DNA from: Botryllus schlosseri
Lineage: Eukaryota
NCBI GenBank assembly: GCA_051294905.1
Contig: CM119381.1
Span: forward strand, 16,740,001 to 16,804,000
Length of the DNA stretch: 64,000 nucleotides
Direction of reading: 5' to 3'
This document shows, piece by piece, positions 50,048 through 61,500 of the stretch. Position 1 is the first letter of the stretch. Every line of letters begins with the position of its first letter. The translations under genes were made by a program, and so were the position numbers. The notes below the pieces were generated by a model. The model did not search any database. It was not told where the DNA came from and saw nothing but the letters and a program-made list of their open reading frames with translations.

Positions 50048-52743
50048 ATGAATAAAACGCATGTAAGTATAGCCTAATCGTTGTGAATTAGCGTTGGTTT
50101 CAATTTTGAATCATTTGTGGTTTGAGCAGAGGCTTCTGTGTGAAAGTTGGATTGAAAAGCGTCCGGAAGTCAATTATGTCACCGTGCACGGTACATCTTC
50201 CTCAAAGCATACTGTAAAATGGAAAACCAGGTCTGTTTTCAGTAACGATTTCTCTCTTGAAGAATTAGTAACAATCGGATCTCATCTGTATTTGCATGTA
50301 GATACGCCATGCTTGTGGTTTCTTCAGAGACAAAGCTAAGTGAGGTTAGGTTCTATCAGAAGAAACCAAGGTCGTGTACGGAAATAACGGATGGTACGGC
50401 ATTTCTGATTTAAGAATTGAATAGAGACAGCATTAGAACTTTTCACTGTTAGATATCATCAAACTTCAACCGTGGCAGTACATCGTCGATATTCCCAGCT
50501 GGATTGTGGACAAGGGAAGGCCGCACGTGTTGAGGCTGCGATTACTCCCGGAAAGCGTGGTGTCCGGGCAGCATTTCCAACTGCAAATTGCCTACCAGTC
50601 TTCGGAGGAAGCCACGGCTTGGATGAGGTGTATTCAGGTATCCTCGTGGATTTCAATGTTGTGAAAGTACCGTGTTGAAGCATAAATAACCATAGTACAC
50701 ACATTGAGTAATGTTCGGGAACAATTTGATTTTCCAGAATCAAACAAAACTAACATCTGGAATACAAGGACACAGTTTTGGTGTGGTTGCTGAAGAATGT
50801 TCTGCCACTGCGCGCATAGGGGTCGCCGGGAAGCATTGCTTGCTGTTTGTGAGTCCTTCGCAGGTTATCCTTGCTCACAAAGTTCGTGTATTACCATTGT
50901 AGATCTACAATATGTGATATATTGTCAGTACCGATTTTTAGACGGATCGATCTGTGGTTTGTGTGTGGCCTTTTGAAACAATTAGAAGCTATGCAAGCGA
51001 CGACGATAGAAGGTATCTTGTTGGGTTTAATCTGGGTTTATTCGTGTGTCCTTGACTTGGGATGATTGTCACTTCAAATTTTAGACTTGTCATCGAGGCG
51101 GGCAGATGCGCGCCGCTGGGAGAAGGTGTTTATTCATTCAGGACAAGAGAAAACGACGACAATGTGCTGTTCGATTTGTTCGATCATTACACGACTACCG
51201 CAACTGTGGAGGTATGTAAATCCTATGTGATCAATAGTATCAATATCGCTTTTCATTTTGCAAGGCTAGATTCAGTTTTTTACATATCAAAGTGTCACGA
51301 TCTCTTCAGCTCTCGATCGCATTTGACGAATTGCTGAGATGAATTATAATGGGCTTCTAACGAAACCTGACTTGAGCTTAATGCTTTGAAATTAGATGGC
51401 CCATCGCCGGAAGATGTCATTCTCCGTGGGTAATGGATATTGACGCTTGAAGTAAAGTTCTTTATTTCTGCTCCCACAGCCTCCGAAATTCAGTGCAGGC
51501 ACCAGAGAAGGCTCATTTGGGACTGGGGACTTGACCTCTCAGACTGTATCGGAGCCGATCTCTCGTCAACGTAAAACGACACCCGGCCCAAGGTATGGCT
51601 GTAGCTGAAAGATAATAGGCTATGCAGATTCATATTAAATTTTCGGTCTTTGCGAACCTTTTTTGTATGTTTGTGTTAGTTTCAACTGGACTTGTCAAAA
51701 CAAATGCTTCCAGACTAATAGCATCACATATAGCTGCAGAGCAAAGGTACTCAGTTGTGAACAGAGTACTCAAGTAGGTTGTGGTCTTAGATTATCACTT
51801 CTACTTGACAGTTTTATAAACAAAATTACTTTCTGGACTTTGTTTTTGTAGTAGTAGTACAAACTAGTTTTGGGATTTGTAATTGCATCATTTATGAGGG
51901 TGAAATTGTCATGACAATTATGCAAAACAACTATTGTATCATGGTCTGGAAGACGTGCACGACAATTTTGAAAGTGGTCACCTACGGTTAACTACTCAAT
52001 TCGACAACGTGACCAAATATTTTTGTTTAAACTACTTTGCACATCGTTCGGTTTTTAATTCCACTCAAAATAGTTTTGGCGTGTCTTGGAAATGGCTGCT
52101 CGTACCCGTAATTGAATAGAAATGTATAGTAAATACATTACTTCTACTTGAGTAGCAACACCGACTACTTTAAACATTTGAACTTATTTCTTGGTTCGTG
52201 CAGTAGTTAATTGCAATAATGTTGCTATCATCATAAGATAATTGCTGCTTTTGACATTAGCCGTGAAATAACTTGTTATTTTTTCATGACAGAAAAGGCC
52301 AGAAGGACGTCGCCAGACAAGACTCGGACCGATTGCCTCTGATACCTCTATCTCCAGGCGCCAGCTCGGAATACGACGATCCCCCCAAAAAGCCGCCGCT
52401 ACCAGTGTCGAGAGGGCCGGTATCGCAAATGTCGTTTGACGAATCTCCGATTTTACCTGCTAAAAGTAAAAACCCTCCCGGAAGCAATGAGGTGAAAGGC
52501 AAGCCAAAGGATCGTTGCATATATGAACTTGACAAGCTCTTGAGCAACTTGGAAGGTGGGGCGAAATCGAGCAAAGGAAATGTAGCGGGTAATGAGAACC
52601 TCGGCGCTTCAAATCAACCTGATAATGACCGAATGGAAAAGGAAATGGTAGCTGCGTCCGAAGGCAGTAATGTAGCAAAAATGCCAGTGCCTCCGTATGC
52701 CCAGATTGATAGCAGCAAAAAGAAAAACGTGTTCACTGGGTAG
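50048..52743 (+). CDS. DOK/IRS-family docking protein (PH + IRS-type PTB + Tyr/Pro-rich tail), ~430-440 aa
   Basis: Phase-consistent GT-AG exons: 50048-50062 (MNKTH), 50130-50230, 50302-50393, 50453-50637, 50738-50881, 50942-51012, 51085-51211, possibly a 30-nt exon near 51396-51425, 51480-51592, 52293-52743. PH-like LLCESWIEKRP...KWKTRYAML...SEEATAWMRCIQ; PTB-like VVCVWPFETIRSYA and LVIEAGRCAPLGEGVYSFRT (compare DOK/FRS2 FSFEAGRRC.G.G.F.F); tail motifs YDDP, PPKKPPLP, YAQI. Confidence 0.8.
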
Positions 52744-53269
52744 GCCACAAATTGTGTCTTGCAGATTGATTTTGAAGTATTGAGACCAATCAAATGATGT
52801 TTACAAAATCAGCATTCCCAATTAGTCGGTGGTTTGCCCCGATTTTATAAACAATCATATATTTTTCATATTCTCGGCTATTCGTGCGTATTATACATTG
52901 CTTCTTTAGATCGGTGCGTGCCCTTGCATGGCTTTTATTTCTGCAGTATTTTACCTCGTTTGTACATCTCCCGCATGCACTTTCATATTATCAGCATGAT
53001 CATCGAATTGTGTAATATAACATTTAATTGAACTATGGTGGGTGTCTCATTGGACGAGGATTTGAATGAGTGAACACTGAACAGACGATGTCTGTGATGT
53101 ATATTGTATATAAGTCTTGAATACAGACTACAGAGGCACTCAGGTTAGCCTTAGGTGAGATGAAATTTTATTATATAAAAGCCGGTTGGTAGGCCCGACG
53201 AAAAGTAAAAAGATATAGAACTACTAGGCCGCGTTACATGCTGGTTGCAGATGGCTTGGGTGCCAATGT

Positions 53270-53712
53270 TATGGTTACCATATTCTGGAAATCTGAAAAT
53301 AGGACACTTCTTCAAAATTTTCAAACTTGCAAAACCGGAGAAAAAAAAGGTCAACTTTCTGACTCATCTCCCGAAAAAGACTCTTCTTTCATATCATGAG
53401 GTGGTTGACTAAAAAATGTAAAAAGGTCAACTTTCTCCGTCAGCGCCCAAAATTCATTTTTTTCTTTCACTTTATTAGGTGGTTGACTAAAAAAAGGTCA
53501 GCTTTCCGGATCAGCTCCTGAAATACCCGCAAGAGCGTTACTTCGGTACTCATTTACGGTATTTCAGTCGTATTTGACCGTAAATTTCACTAATTTTTTT
53601 TAAAAAAGGGACAAAATCTCAAAAAGAGGACATTTGGGCGTCCTCCGAGGACACTTTCAAAAAAGTAAAAAAGAGGACAAATCCTCTCAAAAGAGGACGT
53701 ATGGTAGCCCTA
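53270..53712. mobile_element. Second copy of the 45238-45678 hAT MITE family
   Basis: Collinear similarity along its length (accatatt.tggaaatct.aaaa.aggacac ... aagaggacgtatggtagcccta); TSD not preserved. Confidence 0.85.
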
Positions 53713-56700
53713 TAGCCAACATCTTCAAGCGGTATCTGTTTGGGATGGTATCTCTTAATTGCTTTGCTCTAAATGCGGTCGTAGTAGCCTACAAATTGCA
53801 ACCTTATTAACATAGCAACCGATATGACAGTGCCGTTACATAAGAGCAGGTCATTAATTAAGATAAGATAATGGTCAGATTATATTGTATCTGAACAAGA
53901 CACACAATGTACAATGCGATCCGATGAAACACAATGTGATGTAGGCCTACTGAAGAGACAGTGATAGGAGGATGCCGAACGATCACTCAGTTGTGGTGTC
54001 TGAAACTGGCCTCCGCCTAGTGCCCGATGTCGCAGTTTTTTCTTCGATGTTCAGTCTTTTTTCCGTGACTCTTTCCATTCCTTGTAAGTGCGTTCATCGG
54101 GTATTTTTCTGGACTTTTTTGTAGCCGTAAAAACAGCGACGCGGGGTAAGAGGAGCCCAGAATAACCTTCCTCGTGGAATCGGGCCCGGGTCACCAGGCG
54201 CTTATCGTCGCCAATACTTTTTCGGAGTACTCAACTAGGTCTTGTCTATTTCCACTACTTATTCAAGTCGTTGCTTTTAGACTCCATTTTTTATGTCCAG
54301 ATCCCTTTTCTCAATAAAATTGTCTTAGAAACCAGTTGAAATATCACCTGTGTCATGGAAACTGAATGTTTTTTAGTAAATTGCACTTATCGGCCTCCCA
54401 TTTTCTACTTCCTCTTGAAATAGTCATGGAATGTCTCGGAAATCATCACTTCTACTTGTAATTGAGTAGAAATTACATTCATTGAAGTAGCAACGGTGAG
54501 TACTATCACCAGATGCAATATAGCTAGGTGGTGTCACACGGTAAGCAGGAGTCGGAAATGCTAAAATACTAGGTAAACTGGTGGAATATAATATTTATGA
54601 CAGTGACACGTAGGCTACGTTTGTGTACTTACTTAGATCACTGACCTTCAAATTGCAATCGTGCAAACGCTATTTTGAACCCAGCGTGCTGACAGATCAC
54701 ATCAGCCTTCGTAAACAGATATTATACTTTCAGTGAAAAACTAATACTAATGGTGAACGGATTTATTGTTGTTGTAGAAATGACTCAAATTTGTTGGAAC
54801 TCACATGACAATACCAAACCCGACCAGGTCCTAAATCTGAACCATGTCAAAGTATTCTATCCTTTCCAGTCATAAGTCACGTAAGCCAAATCATAGTCCT
54901 AGTTGCTTGAAGAGCTGCTTCAAGATGTGCTCGACTGGCTAACTCTTTCCCAGAACCAGAGGTATGCAAAGTTTGATAAGAGGCAGGTCCCGATTGCTGT
55001 AGGATTTACCATCACGAGTCTGGCTCCATGTAGTTTCAAATTGCGACCCCAGTTCTATGTCTCCAATCTCAAAACCACACAATTATGTCGAGACACTTTC
55101 ATGACTTGACCGATCCACCACCAAAGCTCATGATATACAGGAGTGTATTGTTACCAATATGTATCGTGAAAGAAGGTTACAATGAGGAATTGAGAATCAT
55201 ATCTAAGGCAGTAGTTCGATCGTAAGCAGTTCCCAACCGTTTGTACTTACACCAAAGGTGTGAGAAGAGCATATCTTTACCGAAAGGTTACATCCAAGTT
55301 TTCTCAATACAGAATTACTTTGGTCTGACACAAGTTAACGATGCTAAACGCAGATGAAAATATCGGTAAATACGGTTCTACACACTACCGTCACACGCGG
55401 GGATGTACCAGCATACGGCGGGGCACTCGCGAAAACATTACAAGTTCAAATCACACCTTACATCAATGACAGGGACAGGCGGACAGCCACAGCCGCTCCC
55501 GGATATTCATACAAAAATAATATTATACAAATATGCGTAGAACGCGAAAACCGCAATCGACAACAGACTAAAATTGAAATGATAGGAAGCGAATAGGAAT
55601 CACAGAAGTAGCCGCGGAACTCCATCTAGTGGCAAAAAAACACGATATGCACGAAAAATCTTTCACACGCTCGTAAAAAGTAAAATGCTCCATAGGAAAC
55701 AAATGACAAGACACGGTTATATATGTTTTTTATGTACAAGGTGAACAGTATATTGAACGTAACATTTGCAACAGACAATTAATGAGTTAAACGTACCCAG
55801 ACACGCAACACATAGTTCAACCATACTGGTTTCGTCGATACCCCTTCCCAACCGAATCAAGGTTTTGCAACACGGATGTGGTAACTGGATGTAGCGGACC
55901 GAAAATTCTGATCACATTTTGCCGGTTGCATCAACATGTTTGAAAATCACAATGAAAAGCACAAATAACAGCAACATTGGGCAATACTGTAATTTATTTT
56001 ACCGCTGGGATTGTTATTATTATGCCAACATAGAGTCGATAAATCACGAAATTAGTGCCAACTGCAGCTTATTGAATAAATTTCACTTTACCACGTCAGT
56101 GATATAACTAATATTGCTTTATCTTTACAAAAGACATTCCAAATCACGGGACATTTCCCAATAAATAAAGCAAATTTCAAGCCTGAACACAGCCTTCCAA
56201 GATCCAAACCAAAACAGCTGTAAGCCGACTTTGTAGCTCATTCAATAGATGGCTATTCTTTTCGCAAAAAAACTATATGAATTCATAATCCAAGTAAAGG
56301 TAATTCACAACACTCAGTACAGTGGCGACGAAAACATATTTGGCCTTCATCATCAGAACAGAAGGTTGTGTACAAGTTCTCATCCAGGATTTGCGGCTTG
56401 GATGACGGCGAGTATTTTCCATACCACCATTTCATGCGTGCGAGAAGCACGCGTCTTCAATGTGAATAGATTTGATGAAGAGGCGATATACAAGTAATCT
56501 AGGAGTTTACTTTTGATAAGAATGTCATCTTTAAGGGTTCCAAATATGCGAATAGGCTATCTGAATGGATTTGAAGACCGTAATGGCACGGGTGACACGG
56601 TTGCTTACAAAACATATCGATCTTGGAAAAATGGTATCGGTATCCCAATATTTAGAGACGGGCCAGGTGCAGTGACCCTAGCATTTGAAACTGAGCCGAG

Positions 56701-57138
56701 TACAAATTGGCATCGATTCATTGAAATCTACTAGGAGTGTGCGCTTTGGGACCTACAATTTATTTCGGCTGTGCCAATTTAGCGCTACCACATAGCGCAT
56801 ATGCATATGATATCGACAGCAATATGCCTACAATGGTAATTTTTCTGGCAAGAAATTAAGGTATAATTTTCTCCGTATGGGGGTTAACGAGGCGTAAAAA
56901 CCCAGTTTCGAAGACACCGTCAGTGTGTTTGGATGAATACTCGAATGCCGAAGTACGATTCGGAATCAAGCGCCACTGGAAATCAAGTACCGAACGCACT
57001 ATATTCCGCTCGATGCAAAGTTACGGGACAACATTAACCAGTTTGCAACACGCGGCTCACTCGACCGCATCCGGCGACTAACACACAACGCGGCAGACCC
57101 ACGGTCTCGTCGATTACAATCGTGAATCTAATCCTTCT

Positions 57139-58526
57139 CTACATCAGGACACAACAATCGGGCTTCGTTTTACGCATCAGCAAAGGCCGGTCCATCGCGT
57201 AGACACCGGCGTCACCGGGAAACGATTTTGTTTTCGCGTTACCCTCGCCGAACCAATGTTTTCCGCCTCCGGACGAGTTTTTCCGAGCAGATTTACGCCG
57301 GAATATTCCGTCCGGCGTAACGTGCGAGAAAAAGGTCATTTTGATCCGTTCGACTTTATCCGGAGTCGGCGGGTCGCTGTCGCCGACGCGCCCAAAGCCG
57401 TCGGACGACAGCGAGCCCGCGCGGATTTTCGATTTTTCTCTCGCATCATACCACGAGTCCTCTTCTTCCATAGGAGACAACGTGTCGTTGACAGGCTCGA
57501 CCGCGTACTTGCTAGCGCTGCACGTCGAAGACGCCAGGCTCACGTTGCTGCGTTTCACGTTGGACTCTGAGTTTTCGCGCGACACCGGTCCCGACTCAGG
57601 AATGCGCGGCTGTATTGACACTGTGGACAAGTGCGTAGCGGACCACTGCCTTTTCACCCCGGGACCGCAGGAAGCCGCTCTAGGCCCGTTCAAATTCCCG
57701 CAAGCATACCAACTCGGCCTGGGCAGCGACGTGGACCTGTACTGACGCCGGGCGGGTTTCTTCCGGACCGGGTCCCGCGTTTTTTCAGACACGTTACCCT
57801 CGCTACGGGCTGTAATATTCCGGCAAAATCGTCGAGTCGCCATCGACGACGAGGAACATGACGACGCTAAAGTGGTCGCCACCGAGACATTGCGCAAGGT
57901 ACTCAGTCTCAGCACAAGTCTGGTGTCCGACGCTGTGGAACGGCTGTTCCTGCGCGCGCGCCGCCCGGTCGCGACCCTGCCCCGGCGATATCCCAGGCTG
58001 GAACAGCTGCTCCGTGCGCTGCTCGACCGGCTACCGCAGCAGTGAGATTCCGCGCTCCTGCTTCTTTTCTCGGGAATGCCGCAGACGAAATATCCTGGCG
58101 AGTGCGACGAGGCGTTTCGTTCGAACACTTTTTCAACGGGCGCCGTGCGGGATGAGGTGTTCCACCCGAACACCTTCTCCCCGTGCGCCGACTCACGCCG
58201 GACCGTATTGTTGAAATTATCGTTGTCCGGCCCGGTGCCGCCATCCTGAGCGCTGCCGTTTGAGTTTTGGCTCGCTTGGGTCTGCGAAGCATTAGCCTCG
58301 TTCGAGCCGCTCGGGCCTAAACTGCCGAGTTCCCTGTTACAAAACCGAAAGCCTCCGCCCCCGTTGCCATTGCTCGGGTCACGATCGCCACTCGAGTCCC
58401 GACGAGGTCTGTTTAAATTGCACGTGGCCGTTCCGGGACCGGATCGACCTGCACGCCGATTTTCGTTCTCATCGTCGCTGGTTTCCGAACCGCTGGATTT
58501 CAAACTGCTTTTCCGCGCGCCCAAAC
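57139..58526 (-). CDS. Terminal exon of an unidentified Ser/Arg-rich protein ending in a prenylation motif (RKTKPDCCVLM*)
   Basis: ~460 open codons, low-complexity S/R/G-rich, ending in CaaX CVLM with an adjacent Cys and basic residues. An in-frame stop lies just upstream of the track's TTG start, so entry is probably via the acceptor ttccag| at 58527-58529 (phase 1). Phase-compatible upstream candidate exons: 59182-59120, 60174-60123; another exon-like block at ~63407-63210. The gene probably starts beyond the window. Confidence 0.75.
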
Positions 58527-61500
58527 CTGGAAACGTCAAAGATCATAGTAAGCGTGGCCTTTGATAACCAGAGCTGCGAAGATGTTAAATTGAGCGAGAC
58601 AGATAATTTATTGATCATCGCATCAAAATTTAAACATGGAGAGATTGATGGGATGCAGTACGCAAAATGCGGCAAATAAAACTATTGTGATATAAAATTA
58701 ATATTGGTAGACACACACCACCGGCTTTCAACCTATGGTTCGCAAAGATAGGTCTTCGAGGCTGACCTTTTTCTCTAGTAATTTGATTACGAAATAAAGA
58801 GGCTGTGAATTAGTGCTGATCTATTTTATTTCACCCAAATAAGCTGTAAGCACGTTTAGGCATAGGCGCTGACCTTCTTTAGTGTAATCGGAGGGGGAGT
58901 TTCGAATGGGAAAATTTGGTTGTGATAGAAAAATATTGAACACCACTGATATGTGCCTAGCGCCTAGGCACAGTAATCGCGTGATATAGCTGCTAGGAGT
59001 CGTCGGATCTGCGTTTTATAAGCATGAGCTTCCGATATGTTGCTCGATTGAATTCAAGCCCGCAATTCTTTCACATATTTCAGCTCAAATTCTCTAGAAA
59101 AAGTCAGTCGGCAACTTACATGTATTATCAAAATGACTGATGGCAGGGATAATGTCCAGCAGCAGGAAACTATTTCCAAGGGCTAGAAATATACAGGAGC
59201 ACGACTGTATTGTGTCAAAATAATTTGTATGCTGCCTATATATTCGCGCCCTACACAGGTTAGAGGTACCGCAATTTTTCAAGCACATATATATCTATGT
59301 GTTTTGACTCAACATCAGCTGATGAGGTAATAAAATCAAACTTGCAGATGGTAAAAACAAACATACGGATGACCATTTCATGCTTGTACAATATCAGCGG
59401 CGGCTGAATTGTTGCATCTTAAAGCAAAATGGATTTACTACAGCGAAAGTTAGCCTGCAGGCCGCCATCGAATGCCTTTCATGTTGCGTTATATTTCAAA
59501 CCTTAATTATCCGACTCAACTAGCTATGAAGTAATAATCATAGCACGAAGCATCCAGGAAGTATCTATAAATGCTTGGAATTATGTGCCAATATCGGCCA
59601 ATTACGTTTACGAGACTTAAACTATGAATTTCGCACTACGAAACCAATGAGGAATATTGCCAGAGAAACCGCAGTCGTAAATGGCGCAATTATAGGAGCA
59701 CACATTATGAATAATGCAGTAGCACGCAAGGATCAACCAGATGCATGTTGAAATTAATGAATTCCATGTCATACTAAGATAACTGCTAAATCAAATATAC
59801 ACACATGGGAATAATGTAATTTCACCTGTGTCACATCTGCTCAAATGGTATTTCAATCACAAATTCTGAAATGTTTGGGATGCTGTGAGAACGTCAAATG
59901 AAACGAAAAAAGAAACATTAGCCAACTTAATGCCAGCAAAGTTTTGAGGTCAGTTCAATATCTATAAGTAGGAATTCGAGATAGAATTTCTTATCCACCC
60001 TCATTTCCGTTCAATTCGAATACGGATAAAGATTACATTAATTCAATAAGTAACTTTTTCGTACGTTCACCCAAATCTGCTAGGCAATGTCAAAATCGAT
60101 CTTCCAAGTTCCGACATCTTACAATTGTGACGGGACATGGCGTTATTGATTATTTTCAAAACTCTGCCAAATTCCTACATCTAAGGCTCATTGTGGGCAT
60201 TTAGAAGAAAATAGATCCCCGCTGCCATCCCAGCACTAGTGATACCATTATCCCTAGTACCATGCTGCTCTATACACTTAGCCCAATTCACCAATTGAAT
60301 GTAGGCAAAATAACCATATGTTTGTATGTGCGAACATAATTCAATGATTGAGCATAGAAATTCGCATTCATTCATCAAAATTTGACATTCTTTACCAGGA
60401 AACATAGCATATAAAGGACAACAATATCGCAGAACACAGTGTTAACAATAAAATTCCTCGGTAAGAGTTGAGCAAATCACAGTCAAGAGCAATAATGCCA
60501 TTTCACGTTTCACCGACTCTTGTAATAGTTATCCTTTAAGGTCATTCACATAATAGCCCTTGAGCTGACAAGTACAACATCCATTGTACCCATGTATGAA
60601 AAGAGAATGTGCTTCTGGGATTATACCTGCTGGGCTATCATACACTCCATTCAAAGTATGGTACTGGCGCTATTTTCAGCGCAAGGTCACGCCAATGACC
60701 AGACATAAAATGGCACGACAGGTGAAGCAAAACATGTGGACTTCGGATAGAAATACTTTCAATCAATACCAACATGACATTTGGAAGCTATGACTCTACA
60801 ATTCGACACGGCTAATTTGGTGACAAACTGAGCTATTGCAAAAACCGAATGATTGAGTCACAAATACGGGATTATTACAAATATCAAGATATGACGTTAG
60901 TTATATAGAAAATAAATAGTAACCACACACCAATTCACACCTCTATACAGTTGTTACTTTACAACCTCCAAATTGTTTAGCCGCTAATTACAACATTAGA
61001 GCGAGATCAAAGAGAAAGCTACATACCATACCCTATTCATAGTATATCCAACAAGTGTTTCAAATAGTTGTTCAACCCAAGGGATTAAATTTCAATACAA
61101 TCGGTGGCGTTTGAAACGGAGGACGTACGCGCGATCAGACACATAAAGAATCACATCACATGTTATGGTTTGCTGGCATCTCGAAACAAAGTGCGAAGAA
61201 ACCACTTTGTTCAAAAACGCGACGGGCATTGTCTAGGACAGAGAAAAAAAGTCGGCCTACGGTTGGGACCATGCACCCGTGATTTTCATTGATAATATTG
61301 ATAATTTTACTGTTCCTAACATTCTGCTATCACCGGCTTTGTACAAAAGATACTGCTTCAAAATTCACTAAGAGAGGTTGAATAAGTGTAAGGTTGTGAT
61401 TAGGACATTTTTCAGCCGCCAGGATTTTGGCATATTACTTCAAAATTGGTCATTTTTTATGGTCACATCAAAGCACCTTCTCATGAATATTCTAATATAT

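Noticed and set aside
54770-55110. Exon-like stretches on plus (LLEELLQDVLDWL with AG/GT flanks)
   Set aside because: Could not be chained into a phase-consistent ORF, and no family resemblance.
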